From Setoptus koraiensis (lineage: Eukaryota > Animalia > Arthropoda): a DNA stretch of 64,000 bases. Below the pieces are notes generated by a model, which was not told the DNA's origin, made no database searches, and saw only the letters and a list, made by a program, of their open reading frames with translations. The DNA lies in contig CM106585.1 in the NCBI GenBank assembly GCA_048013815.1, positions 62,001 through 126,000 of the forward strand, read 5' to 3'. The position numbers and the translations under genes were made by a program. Positions 1 to 13,353 of this stretch are shown one piece after another. Numbering within the stretch: position 1 is the stretch's first letter; each line of letters opens with the position of its first letter.

Positions 1-352
1 TTATTTCTGGTGTGATACTACTAGTTATCATCTCCTTCTCAAATAGAGAGAAGTAATCAGGTGGACAGGACTTCTTTGACTTTTCGATACAAAAGTCTAA
101 TATCAATATGTGCTCCAAACGCTTGACGAATAACTCATTTTTTGAAAACTCAGACAAAATCTCGTGGCAGTCATTATCATGGGGTAAAGGCAATACATTG
201 CCGTCGCTTTGTAAGTCTCTGGCTGTTCCGAATACAGTATGATAGTTGACATTTGCACGTTCGAATAAATTCAATATACCAGTTACAAATTGGTCGCTCA
301 ATCCAACAACAAGTAGATAAGTAACCAAAATCATCTTTAAATAGGCAGACAT
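1..352 (-). CDS. Secreted orphan protein, 5' part only (runs off the left edge)
   Basis: Hand translation from ATG at 352: MSAYLKMILVTYLLVVGLSDQFVTG (signal-peptide-like), then ...HDNDCHEILSEFSKNELFVKRLEHILILDFCIEKSKKSCPPDYF..., 117 codons with no stop. Missing from the ORF track because the stop lies outside the window. Confidence 0.7.
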   Translation of the reverse strand, partial: MSAYLKMILVTYLLVVGLSDQFVTGILNLFERANVNYHTVFGTARDLQSDGNVLPLPHDNDCHEILSEFSKNELFVKRLEHILILDFCIEKSKKSCPPDYFSLFEKEMITSSITPEI

Positions 353-672
353 TTGTGATACAGTTGTTTTGTTTATTTTAGGTTCAGTTATGGCGGCCTC
401 AATCGAGACGAGTATCACACTCCGAGCGACTGAAGATATGATGCTATCGCAACTAATTCTGGATTCTATTTTTAGCTGTTTTATTTCAAGCAAACCAGAC
501 AAGTTCACGTGTTTCGAACATTATGACATAGTGTTAGTTACACTCACTAAAAGTGCGACAAGCGAGTGACAAATCTCGACATTCACTGAAAGTAGCTTAA
601 GAAAGATCGATCATTAGATTGGTAACAATAGATTGAAATAATACTTTCTAATTACTAGTTTATCAGTGGAAG

Positions 673-2385
673 ATGGCTCGTCTGTTCATTGTACCCTTTG
701 TGGCATCAATATTGATATTGTTTCTAGTCAATTGCTCAATGGCAGATGAAGGTGATGATGCAAAGGATAAAAACGAAGCCGCAATTCCTTCTTCAAATAA
801 GTTACCAAAACTGTTTGATTGGGAACAATATAAGAAATTATTTCACAAGAAATACAGTGATTTCAAAGAAGAAATGATCAGAAAAAAGTTGCATCTAGTC
901 AATACTTTAAAAATTTTTGTGCATAATATACTGTATAGATGGTCTAAGATTAGTTACTTTTTAGCTATGACCCAATTTGCAGATTGGACAAATAATGAGA
1001 TAGACTCTATGTACAAATTTAAGGGAATAAAACCAAGCGACGAGACAGAATCGGAGTCAGAGTCAGATGAGGTAGAAAGTAAGTCTAAGCCAACAATCGA
1101 AACAAATGAGCCGATTGTATTGCCCAAATTGAACGAAGAGGAATTAAGTAGTGAAATACAAACAACTATTGCCAATAAAGAGCCAGGTTTTGAATTGTTG
1201 CAAGCTGAACTAGAACTGCGTGATCATGAATCAGGAGAACAATTTAAACATGATGGGAATTCACAAGAGATTGATGTTGATCTGTTGCGACTGCCATCCG
1301 AATTGCGTGAGATTGATTCAAAAGAAGAATTCAAATCGGATAATGGAGTTCCAATAGATTATAGAGAAGATGATGAAGTTGAACTACCAGCAACACCTAA
1401 ATTGGATGTCAACATAAAAGCATATAATAATCAAATTAGAACAGCAAACAAACCAAACAACCCTTTTCAATATCAATGGGCCCGCTTGTCCAATCTAATA
1501 TTCAATAAGGCCAATGATGACCATGAGGTCGTTGATGATCAAGATGATAAAATAGACATACTCCCTCCATCATTGTATAATTTCCTAAGCAGAGTGCCCA
1601 AGATGATCACAGATTATGTGTCGACGGATTATACAAAAGTTGACCGTTACACAGATTGGCGGACATCGGGATGTTTAAGTATGCCCAGAAGGCAATATCA
1701 ATGCGGTAGCTGTTACGCATTCGCTACTATTGCCTATCTAGAATGGGCTCACTGTAAAGACACAGGTGTATTGATGTCATTTAGCGAACAATTCATGGTT
1801 GATTGTGGTGTCCACAGCAAACTAAAGCAATGTGACGGTGGCTACCTAGAGGATCTAGGTGATTTTGTGTCGAATTATGGTGTGGAATTACGAGAGAACT
1901 ATCCCTATACGGCTGAGGCTGGCACATGTCCCTTTAAAAAGGGAGATAAATTGTTTGAGATAGGATATGCAAAGCCAACCATGAAAAAGTGGAATTTAGT
2001 TGACAGAAGCAAATGGCACACAGTATTGAACGATGTTGGACCAATGATAGCCGGTGTGTTAGTGCCATCAGATTTCCAGAATTATGGTGGTCAAATTCAC
2101 ACTGGCCACAATTGCGACCCTAACAGAGGTCATGCCATGCTTTTGGTGGGTCACGGTATAGAGGATGGGACGCCATATTGGATATTCAAGAATTCGCACG
2201 GCTTCCATTGGGGCGAATACGGTTATTTCAAATTGAGTAAACTTGCAAAGAATAATTGTTTTATTGGTGCCTTGTTATCGGAGGTGACATTCAGCGACCA
2301 TCCTGTTGTGAGACGAAAGAAGGCATTGAAAACTGCCGTCGATAGGTATAAGTTGTTCAAAGATAATATCAAGAGCAATCAATAA
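673..2385 (+). CDS. Papain-family (C1A) cathepsin L-like cysteine protease with enlarged pro-region, intronless
   Basis: Signal peptide; I29-like prodomain (DWEQYKKLFHKKY...AMTQFADWTNNE); catalytic motifs QCGSCYAF (Cys codon 1711-1713), GHAMLLVGHG (His 2131-2133) and IFKNSHG (Asn 2191-2193). Confidence 0.93.
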   Translation: MARLFIVPFVASILILFLVNCSMADEGDDAKDKNEAAIPSSNKLPKLFDWEQYKKLFHKKYSDFKEEMIRKKLHLVNTLKIFVHNILYRWSKISYFLAMTQFADWTNNEIDSMYKFKGIKPSDETESESESDEVESKSKPTIETNEPIVLPKLNEEELSSEIQTTIANKEPGFELLQAELELRDHESGEQFKHDGNSQEIDVDLLRLPSELREIDSKEEFKSDNGVPIDYREDDEVELPATPKLDVNIKAYNNQIRTANKPNNPFQYQWARLSNLIFNKANDDHEVVDDQDDKIDILPPSLYNFLSRVPKMITDYVSTDYTKVDRYTDWRTSGCLSMPRRQYQCGSCYAFATIAYLEWAHCKDTGVLMSFSEQFMVDCGVHSKLKQCDGGYLEDLGDFVSNYGVELRENYPYTAEAGTCPFKKGDKLFEIGYAKPTMKKWNLVDRSKWHTVLNDVGPMIAGVLVPSDFQNYGGQIHTGHNCDPNRGHAMLLVGHGIEDGTPYWIFKNSHGFHWGEYGYFKLSKLAKNNCFIGALLSEVTFSDHPVVRRKKALKTAVDRYKLFKDNIKSNQ

Positions 2386-3230
2386 GGTTTCTCCCGAAGA
2401 ACTTTTGAAATGATCAATAAAAAATACATATTTGAATGATGATTGTCTCTCTGCGTGTTCCTTTCTGGCCTCGCTAACATTTGTGTGGCTGAATCATCGG
2501 GTCCTGTCAATGGGCAGGATCGTCATCTAAAGTTGGGCAACAATCACAAGTATTGACACAATTGCTGGCAATTTACAATTTGTGTCTATCTTCATCTGGC
2601 GTATATTGGTTTGTTTTGTGATCTAACAAAGCTTGTGACAACTTTTCAGGTGGAATTTTTCGGGAATTTCCGGAAAAAGTTTTCAGAGATTCGAAGATTC
2701 TTTTGTTTGTTTACAAATGTCACATACGCTCTGGCTGAAACAGTTAGTTTCGAGCAGTCCGACATTCCAACACTGGTGAGCGTGCTAATTGAGCGAGGCC
2801 GTTGTGAGACATCGCCTGATGCGTGATTGTTGTAGACAAACGAATATTGTTTATGGAAATATTAACCCTGTGAACTATAGACACTGTTACTTGTTGTTGT
2901 CGCTTGAGTTGTATATAGCGACTTCGCGCACACCTGACTCAAATGTGCCCCATGTAGATGTGTGTGTTTCCCCGAGTGACTTAGGCAACGATATACGACA
3001 GGGAAAGACAGGACTCAATTGGACTAACGCAAACACTGCGAATGTTTTGATAGGGGGCTAAAAAAGCGGCACAGTGTCCATGGAATAACCAATAGTGTGA
3101 CTGATAGTGAAAAGTAGTATTGTGTGCCTGTGTTGTACTGTGGCGCTAAACAAGCTCAAAATCTTGCTTACGCACGAATTGTGCGATTTAAGCAAGCACA
3201 TGTTTTTCTGGTGCACTTAGATTAGTTTAC

Positions 3231-3308
3231 AAAAGCTCCGCAAGGGCGGCGCTGCACTCCATTCTTCGTTGGATGAATTCTGAGCAGCGCCTCTGTTGGA
3301 TATTTCTT
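3231..3308. repeat. Degenerate copy of the inverted-arm core of the 32.4-32.8 kb MITE
   Basis: Arm A aaaagctccgcaagggcggcgct (3231-3253) and arm B agcgcctctgttggatatttctt (3286-3308) resemble the arms at 32531-32556/32703-32726 and 37936-38070. Confidence 0.55.
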
Positions 3309-3993
3309 AAAACATCGGTGCACATTGGAAGCAACGCGCAGTGTTTGTGCGAGAAAATGCACTGTGGAAGGCAGCGTAGCCTTTTTAGTTCAAAATGCCT
3401 CATTTGAACCTCACACCCAATAATGTGACTGTGTGACTGTGTGACTGTGTAACTGTGTGTCTGTGTGCGTGTGTGTGTGAGTCGGAATAGAAGCTCGATG
3501 AGTGTGTGGCAAGAGGGCCGCAGAGCCAACTTGATTCTTCACTGAGCGAACTATGGAAACGCGTGCCTCAGTTCGTTCATTGGTGTTTGTGTGTGTGTGT
3601 GTGAGAGAGAGAGAGAGTGTTTTGTACATAGGGTGGTATATGTGTAGATGTGAGCTCGCAAAGTAAACGGACGATCGACAAAAAGAGAAAGTGGAACTGA
3701 CGCAATGTGCTCAATACAATATACACAATGGTGCGTTGTGAGAGTTGCTCAGCCATAGACTCGCAGGCTCAATGCTCGAGAGGGGGAGAGGGAGAGAGTG
3801 CTGCTAACGAACTTGGTTGCCATACTCGAGTCACTAGAGTCTAGTCACTGGAGTCTGGCATACGCAAGGGCGCTATTCTGGCGCATTTCCTACACAGTAT
3901 GTTGAACACACTGCGTTGGACAAACAAACTGCACATATAGCTTGCTTGTGGCGCACTGGTGCACGTTCCGCCATATAGAACTTTCACTTGCGT

Positions 3994-4029
<36 letters not shown>

Positions 4030-4054
4030 AATACTTCTAGTGATAATGTCGAAC

Positions 4055-4550
4055 AGTCTGTGTTACACAGACACACACACACTGGCGCAATAAACTGGCT
4101 TGCGTGCGCAACCAGAGGCTCAACTGTCGATATGCGTGCGTCTTTCGCCCTGTGTCACACACACTCTCTCATGCTCTTGTGTAATATGGGCTCCATTTGT
4201 CTGCGACTGTGCCTCTTCCCTTTTCTACATGTTGTGTAGCCTCGGCTCTAGCTGCTGGCTCACAGAATCGCATACTGCACACACACACACAGTGCAGTGA
4301 AAAGTCTGTGTTACACAGACACACACACACTGGCGCAATAAACTGGCTTGCGGGCGCAACCAGAGGCTCAACTGTCGATATGCGTGCGTCTTTCGCCCTG
4401 TGTCACACACACACTCTCATGCTCTTGTGTAATATGGGCTCCATTTGTCTGCGACTGTGCCTCTTCCCTTTTCTACATGTTGTGTAGCCTCGGCTCTAGC
4501 TGCTGGCTCACAGAATCGCATACTGCACACACACACACAGTGCAGTGAAA
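4055..4550. repeat. Tandem duplication, 2 x 248 bp, containing CA microsatellites
   Basis: Units start at 4055 and 4303 (agtctgtgttacacagac...), with a third agtc at 4551. About two substitutions seen by eye (gcgtgcgc/gcgggcgc; cactctctc/cacactctc). Confidence 0.95.
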
Positions 4551-6262
4551 AGTCGCTATATCCTTGTGCCACACAAACACACACACACACACACCCACCA
4601 CTATCATAGTGGCACTATGGCCTCAGTGTGCCTGTGCCTGTGTGTGTGTGTGTGTGCTTCTGTGTAATTCGATTTTCGAATATTACAGCATCGAATGTCG
4701 GGGAGGGGGGTACACCCGTGTCAGTAGATATTTGGACGGTGGGAAAAAACTGATGCTTACCCCCTGTGCGCAGAGTGTAAATCAAATTTGCCGCTCAGTT
4801 CTGCGCAGAGGGGATAGGCATAACACACGCTTGCACATAACACCAGACACAATCAGCACACAAGGAACATCAACAGCGTTATTATTACAACACTTATAAG
4901 ACCACTTACATTATATTTGGTCAGTGGTTTGGCCGCGCAACCATCGAGACTAACAATAATCATTTGATTATAGCTAATAAACAACAACAACATTTATTAA
5001 TCGCAGTTGCATTGCACTATTATTGCAATCAATGTGCAACTAGAAACCGCGTTAATGCATCAATTTCGAAGACGATGAAATTTGAATTGTTAGCGGCAAC
5101 CAAACTCGGACATTGAGGATATTTATTTATCACGAGCTGACATCATAAACACACACACACACTCACACTCACTCACACACACACACGCAGTTAATAGCGC
5201 CGACGCTTTCGTATCAAATGACACTGCGTCGACGTCGCACTAATGTAATCACAAATTCGTCCACATTTTGTTCATCAGACTACTTTCATTGGCTACTCCG
5301 GAATTAACACTATTACTACTTTGCATTATTCATATATCATTATCAATGACCCACGTTTACAATAACAACTCCACATCAAGAGAAACACAGTAGGTAACAG
5401 TTATTACGCAATACCATCACTTGACACAGTGACCGCATCGCGATTGTGTCATCAAAACGGAACGGCAATAGTATCATTGAATTGCTATAGCACGCTAGAG
5501 CAATATTTATGCAATTAAAGATTGAAAATTTATTATTACACTAATATTATACTAATTGGAGAAGACAAACAAAAACAACAAGACAACAGACTACTCTCGT
5601 GTGTGCGTATGTCACTAGATCATTACATGTCTTTGCAATGGCCATCAGCAACTACCACTACTTATTATTACTATTATTATTACTGCCAGACTAATCTGAG
5701 CAAGCAACTTGATCCTCTTCAACTTACAAACAATTCCTGTTGAGCCAAATAGGAATAAATCATCGTCGTATATACTTATACTTGACACACTGCTAGTCAC
5801 AAACTCCATGACTACTCTCAATACTATTATTATTATTATATCGAAGAACCTACACACATCAACAGATTGATCATTAATATATCTAAAGACTTATTAATAT
5901 ATCATCTATTATAATAGTAGTAGTAAAGTAATAATTTTCTTATAGAGTATTATTATTATTATCTATACAGCATCAATACAACCATAATAATCATCATAGA
6001 AGATCAGCATTAAATTACTCTATAAGCGCAACACTTAACCATTATCAGCCAATCATGATAGGATCCAAGTGTCAACATTGAAAAAAAAAAAAAGAAAAAA
6101 GCTCATCCACATCAATATATCATTATTATTTATTACAACAATTCTATACTAAACTATTCTATTCTCAAAACCACCTATTTATTCAACAAAAACAAATAAT
6201 CATTTAATTGATGATTGAACTATTTTAAATCAAACGCACAAAAGTATTATCTCGATTGTGCA

Positions 6263-8285
6263 ATGAAATCTAAAGCATCATCTACTGCTTCTACGACCGC
6301 TTCAACCACAACAGGGCCCAAGTCGGTTACTGCCACCACGATCTCAAAATCAAACTCTACTACTAATGTCACGCCAACAAGTACAAATGTAGTTAGTTCG
6401 GGTTCTGTAACTACCAGGGCGAGCGCCTCTATGAGTAGCGCACAAGCCATAGCAGGCAATGGAACGCAACAAACTGCCACGGTCGGATCCCTGAATGGTC
6501 AACAAACCGCTACTCAACAGCAAAAGCAACAAGCCCAGCAAGAGCAGCAGCAACAACAACAACAGCAACAACAACAACAGCATATCCCAATGATAACTGG
6601 TACGATACTTAGCAATAGTAACAACATTCAATCTCTTGATACCTCAACATTTGGAACAGAGGTTGACGATTTATCAGACGATACAGATAGTGATGACGGG
6701 GATGATTCAGGATTATTAAACTCCTCTAATAGTACTCATGATATCGAAATACAAGCACAATTAGCTGCAGCGGGTCCGGCAGGGGTAGCTGCGGCTGCAG
6801 CAATAGCCTCAGCTAAAAAACGCAAACGACCCCACACCTTTGAGACGAATCCTTCCGTTAGAAAAAGGCAGCAAACACGTCTTATAAGAAAGTTGAGAGC
6901 TACCATAGATGAATATACAACGCGAGTTGGTCAGCAAGCTGTTGTATTGATCACAATGCCAGGCAAAGCTTTTCATAATTTTAAAGTATTTGGCGCACAG
7001 CCTCTAGAAAATGTTATTAGGACATGCAAACATGAAATAATGGCCGAATTGGAGCATGCATTATCTCAACAAGCGCCACAACAAATGAAAGACGATAGCA
7101 GTCGTCATGAATTGCCCCCATTGGTGATTGATGGTATACCCACACCTGTAGAGAAGATGACCCAAGCACAACTAAGGGCATTTATACCTTTAATGTTGAA
7201 ATATTCAACTGGTAGAGGTAAACCAGGCTGGGGTAAAGATTCAACGCGACCTCCCTGGTGGCCAGAATCACTTCCATGGGCCAATGTTAGAAGCGATGCT
7301 AGGAACGAAGATGAAAAACAAAAGATATCATGGACGACTACCCTTAGACAAATAGTAATCAATTGCTATAGATTTCATGGTAGAGACGATCTATTACCTA
7401 CTTTTTCTGATTCAGATGAGGCCACCAAAGAGCAACAGAGAAGACATATTGGAATGACTTACAAGGCCTCACTTCCAAAGCAATCTCAACATCTGTCTGG
7501 AATTGGTGACAATAGGAACTCGTTATCAAATAAAGTAAGTATTATCTATATTCTGGGACGCATCAAAAAGAAAACAAAACATTACCCTAGTTTGAAGACC
7601 AAGATCAATTCTTCTCTTTCATTACTGACTAATTTTCTCTCTGTCACCATTATATCAGGCCACCATATTCTCAGCATCTTCATATGCATCTAATTTTGTA
7701 CAGACTATAAATAACAATGATGGAACAGTTTCATTGATCCAAGTAGACCCCACCAATGCCCAAATACTTACTCTTCCTGATGGAACTCAAGTTAGAGCTG
7801 TCAGATTGCAAACTATTGGTGCCGACTCTTTAGGTGGCCATTCTTTGACAGAGCTCACTCAAGGACAGACTATAGAACTACAAGCAGCTAGCACTAGCCT
7901 CACAGGCGAAATGTCGGGTCAACAAGTTACAGTTAGCGAGGCTAGTCTAGGTTCTGATGGACAAATTATTATCACAGGAGATGACGGCACACAAAATACT
8001 TATCCAATGTCTAGTCTTGTCTCAATACCGGCCTCGATGTATCAGCAATTAGCAAATTCAAACCAGCACCTAAGCATAGTTACAGCGGATGGACATAGCG
8101 TAGCAATCCAGGATGTTCTCCATACAGCTGTATCAGAGACGTTAAATACCGATCAGAACGCAAACAACAATAATAGAGGCTTCAATCAACAGCAAGGCAC
8201 GTCTCAGGTTTCAAACAAACGAGAACATACTCTAGACAATAATAATACAACTGTAATATTCAATGGAAACAGCACAGCCACATGA
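6263..8285 (+). CDS. NRF1: Nuclear respiratory factor 1 / erect wing transcription factor; exons 6263-7534 and 7659-8285
   Basis: Motifs KKRKRPHTFETNPSVRKRQQTRLIRKL and IPLMLKYSTGRGKPGWG. A phase-0 GT-AG intron (gtaagt 7535, ctgactaat branch, cag 7658) joins to VQTINNNDGTVSLIQV, typical of NRF1. Confidence 0.93.
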
Positions 8286-9160
8286 ATAATTGAAAAAATG
8301 AAATAATATTGCAGGATACATATTCATAGACCCGCTTGGATTAAAGGAGGGGTCATTCTACTTCCAAAGCACCAACGGTAACCTCTTGATTGTTGTAAAT
8401 GAAGAATTGATCAATTGAAAAATGTTAAGCTTTAACTTAGTAGGTGCTGATCAAATATCAAGATGAATCTAGTCGCATGTTGATCACACACATACAACCA
8501 ACTAATACAATCATATTTTCAATTCAATGTATCCACTGAATAATCATATCTATTTCATCTGCTAAAAAGACTTCAAAGCTATTATAGAAACAAGTTGAAT
8601 CATTCTAGTCAATAATACAAACCCATTGTAGATATTGAGCCATCTACTCGGGCCGTATTTCATGATAAGTTATACATATCGTATAACTAAAGAAGCCAAA
8701 GTCTGATTGACCAAATTATATTTGCGCGAAAAAAAAAAGAATTCACAAACTAGAAGCCAACAATTATCTGAACCTGGGTCACACACAGTAGATCATCGAA
8801 AATAATATTGGTTGACCCGAATAAATCTATATGTACATGTATAAATAAATATAAATTATATAATATCGTCCCGATGACTGATTATAGTACACAGGCCTGC
8901 TCATTAAGTCTCTCGGTGCTGAATTGACTCGAATCAACATCCAAGACGCCTAAAACAGTGTGAGATAGTTAATTTTGATTGTCGATAGCATAAAAGGGTT
9001 CAAAACATTGCGAATTAAGTAAGAGAGAATACTTTGTTATAATGAATTCTATTTTACAAATGTTGAGCTATGTCATATGTACAGGTTGATATCTTACATA
9101 AGGTATAAGTGGCAAGATTATAATATATCTTTTCTTTTCGGATTGATGCTGGGATATATA

Positions 9161-10492
9161 TTAATGTACATTTATCTTTTGCTGTGATTTCGACTTCCCT
9201 AGAACGCTAGTAACTAGTTTATCGGCATAGTATGGTATCGGGCCCACAAAGGCGTAGGAAAATACTACATAAGTGATGAATGAGATCACATAGAATGAAC
9301 CCATACTCTCTTTTGATACAGGTATCGCCATAAGTAGCCTACCAAAAAGAATTGATAAACAGGATGCTACGATCTTACCAATTAAACTAATTAATTGTGA
9401 TAGTTGTTTTTGCTGTTGTTGTTTAACGACAAACAGTGAGAAGAGACCTAAGCCAGCGCCTAAATAGAATCCTGTATATCTCATCATGGAGAAAAATGGT
9501 GTAGTGTCCATATGAATATATTCTTGTTTGACACACCATCTTATAGCTTTGTCTACCGACCATAACGGATTGAATCCCACCCATAATAGGAAGCCATACG
9601 TGCTCATGGCCGTGGCTAGCATACCAATAGTTCCTAATTGAAAATGTCTAACTCTTATAAAACTCAGATCTGATTCTGTGATGAATTTTGCAATAGCGCC
9701 TCCCATCAGCGCGCCCAGAATACATTGATGGGGAAAATGACAAGCCAGAAATACTCTTGATATACTAACCAAGGCTAGTATTATTAAATAAGTTGTCCAT
9801 CCTAGTTTACTAATCAAATTAGAACTCTTTCCACCTACTGAACCGGCCTGTTGCTGCGGCCCTTGTTGACTAGCTGCAGTTTGAAATAGTTCGCCACTCA
9901 ATAATGATTCAATCAATATATACCAAACACTTGCGGTGACCATAGCATGTCCACTTGGACTGCCAGCTCCCAATTCACAAGTTACTGGAAATTGTTGAAT
10001 TTCGTGATAATGTTCATTGAATTCGCTCTCCGTTTGATTTCCGGCTAGATTACTTGTGGGCATATACTGATACAGTATAGATGATTTAGATTGCATCATA
10101 TGCAATCTTTCATGGACATACCAGTAGGGACGTTCGCCAGCTAGGAACCATTTCAATATTTGATTGCTCCATTCGGCAATAGTCAGCGAAAGTATAAGTT
10201 TCTTACCAACATTTCTGTTAAATGCAAAAATGACTGGCACATAAATCAAAAAGACGTGTCGTGGGTCGAAGAACATCGAGATCCATACCATAAAGTTTTT
10301 TTGTTCACTGAAACTGTTTAAACAAGACAAAATCAAAATTACATCAGATTAAATAACCTAGACCCATGTAAAAGATGACAATATCAACTCATGATTGTTT
10401 TGCTATAATAATTACCTTTGTTGAAGTAAAGCTATTGCTGGCAGAGATTGATCATGGACAATGTCCATGGCATTACCCAGAGCGTTTGTCAT
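9161..10492 (-). CDS. G6PC: Glucose-6-phosphatase catalytic subunit (PAP2 family); exons 10492-10416 and 10313-9161
   Basis: Motifs KWFLAGERPYW, SPSGH and SRVFLACHFPHQ are intact. Upstream exon MTNALGNAMDIVHDQ... joins in frame through a phase-2 GT-AG intron. Confidence 0.9.
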
Positions 10493-13311
10493 GGTTAAGA
10501 ATGAGTTTTGTATAACAACTTTTTCGATCAACTGAGAAGTATTTAAAATCTATCTTATGGTTTATGATTCTTAGGTGCTGTATTATGTATTGTTTCACTG
10601 TTATATTAGTTTATTATTATATTTGTCTCTATGTTAATAATTTTGCTATTGTTGCATTAGGTCTGCTTATGTTATGGCTGTTCGATAACTTTAATGACTC
10701 TTAAACATATCTTTATATATATGAAACAAAACTATCCATTAGTTTTTCCATCATGAAGAGCCCTGAAGTGAGCTGAGGCTTCGTTATTATTATCTTCTGT
10801 TTGGCCGTGAACAAATGTGACATGATCAAGTGGTATATCGTGCGGTTTAGTTGTTCATGACTAAAGAATAACAACAACAACAATCAAGAAAGATAATCAA
10901 CTTGAAAAGTTTTACAAATAAAAATGCGCCTAACAATGAAGAACAAACTAACTCCACCCTATTTGAATGTAAATTAATTTAACGTGATAAATATCAATGC
11001 AAGTTAATCAAGCTGTGTAACTACTACAGCATGGAAGAATCATATTATATTATTGACGTTGTCGTCACAGATAAACAACAGATAAACAATTACATATCTA
11101 CCACGAGAAACACTGCGACGACATAGCAAGTAACAAGACTGTAACGTAATATAATCAATGCTCTTTGAATCAAAACAACTTCAACATTTTTGCCTGGCAA
11201 GGGTGATCAACAACAACAACAACAACTTCGTTCTAGTGCCATAAGTCTTGTAATTACATAAGCCTTTCGTGTGCATGTATGATATTTCAGTATCGTGGTA
11301 CGTATAATAACTAGTATTATCTAATCGACAGACTGGCCCAAAACCATATATACTCTAGCAATAGAACTGGTGAATGATAGATCAGAAAAATTATCATTAA
11401 CTCGTCTCATACAGAGAAAAAAACGTGACTACTATGTTGTTGTTGATGATGTCGTTGTTATCAACAACAACAACTGAATGTTACCTCACGCATGCTTCAG
11501 CTGGATACATTGATAAATGTTGTAAGAGATAGCTAACTCTTGATACTTCAAGTACTTATAACAACTCTCTCTACCATTCGACAAATTTCATAGATTCATC
11601 TTGAGTCAAGTATACAGAAAAAGTCAATGTTGATCTTGAAATAAGTCTTATATTGAACTTGACAATTTCATTCAAGTTCAATAATATTGTGAGATGATAT
11701 GGTGCTGACATCACAAAGCCGGAGACAAGATGGCTGCAGTTGATAGCTGTCGCAGACTATGTACCATTTATTATTGAGTAACTATTTGCCAATATTTAAT
11801 TTTAGTCGAGCATTTCGTTAGGCTAGGGCTTCATTTGCCTCGATCTACCCAATTATGTCATACAGACAACGTGCTTGAATTGGTGCCCGCGTGAGCATTA
11901 TGGCAAGCCAGCACTGTCATGAATGACTCTATTTACCTGAGTTACACGGCCTACAACTGCAACTAAATGTCTACATGTTTTACATGTTTGTTGGCAGCAT
12001 TGAGTATTGTTGTCTACATTTGTTAGTTTGAAACTGTATTCTAGTATGGATACTATTCATCGGATACTAATATACATGATGGAAGGCACACAGAGGATTC
12101 CATAGTTCTGGTGGCACCACTTCTCCGGAACTATCTAACACTAGCTTATCTAGCCCTCTGACACACTATAGTTGCTGGCTACAATTTATTATACAATTTA
12201 TTTCTCCTGTTCAGGATTAGGCAACAGAGTTTTGAACAAGGGCGCGTCATAATTTATCATGATATGATGAATGATAAAGATCATCCCACTCTAACGTACT
12301 TTAGATCCGCTGGCCGATGTCAATAGTGGATCGATTTACAACTCGAAGACGTCTATCTGCGATAAAAATGCAAATATACAAAAAAAAAATGTGACGACGA
12401 TCGAGACAATTGTGTGTGCTCTGGTGAATACAACAGTTCAAGACATATTCACAAGCAAGAATTCATTCGCGATGTATCATGTCATTCAGTCTTTGAGTAT
12501 CTGCTCAAGCCATCGAACCAACCACGAATGAAAAAAAAAAGAATATAAGTAAATTCCCACATCAGCATGTGGATTCCATGGCACCCAGCCCGTGTGACGA
12601 ATAAATATGATCTCACTAGTATTTGCGCGAAACAAGACTGTGATTTCTTCAGCACGATAAGTCGACATCTAGTCAAATAAGAAGAGAGCTAAAATAACAT
12701 GCCGTTTCATCTTCATCTCTCAACTTGATCCATTCAACAAGTACGAGTAATAAATTCTAGTGCTCAACAGCATCAACATAGCCATACAAACTAGAAAGAC
12801 TGAATTTCCTGGATATTCTTTTAAAAATATCCTTACACGCTATATATGCCACTATATTTGCCACGTCCCTGATTGGATAAGCTATTGGGGCCTGTTGTTC
12901 CACTTATCAATGAAGGGCGAAGCAACATCTCGTTTCAGGACATTAGTAGTTTGCTTCGTGGCGTTTCAATGTGGAGACAGGTCCTTCCAGAACTCTTGTA
13001 AGACTTAAAGGACTTTACAATACTTGCACCTGTCAAACACACACACACACACACGGGCAGCAGTGGCAGTAGCTTGCTAGGCTAATTTAGCTGGAGGTGG
13101 CTTTTAACTTAATGTTACAGACACTTTGTGCTTATAACGAGATTTCTGCTTCGGCTTCCTCCATTTATCCCCGGCTCCATGGTTCCATGATAGTGGTTAG
13201 TTACGCCAGTAATAATGTTGTATGTTATTGATAGTCATAGTGGCAGCGCTGAAGCGAGAGATGTTTTATTATACCAAGTGCTAGCAAGACAACTCTGTAA
13301 ATTTCAGGATA

Positions 13312-13313
<2 letters not shown>

Positions 13314-13350
<37 letters not shown>
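13314..13350. repeat. (TG)n microsatellite
   Basis: Uninterrupted TG run. Similar CA/TG tracts occur near 3590, 4000, 5150, 13040 and 15250. Confidence 0.9.

Positions 13351-13353
<3 letters not shown>

Noticed and set aside
2662-2671. Perfect NF-kB/Dorsal-like site GGGAATTTCC
   Set aside because: A single 10-mer with no supporting cluster or functional context, so chance cannot be excluded.
4055-4550. Possible CRISPR-like array
   Set aside because: It is two contiguous near-identical units with no unique spacers, in a eukaryotic context with no cas genes.
3227-4899. ORFs with HT/CV repeats
   Set aside because: They are translations of CA/TG microsatellites and of the 248-bp duplication.
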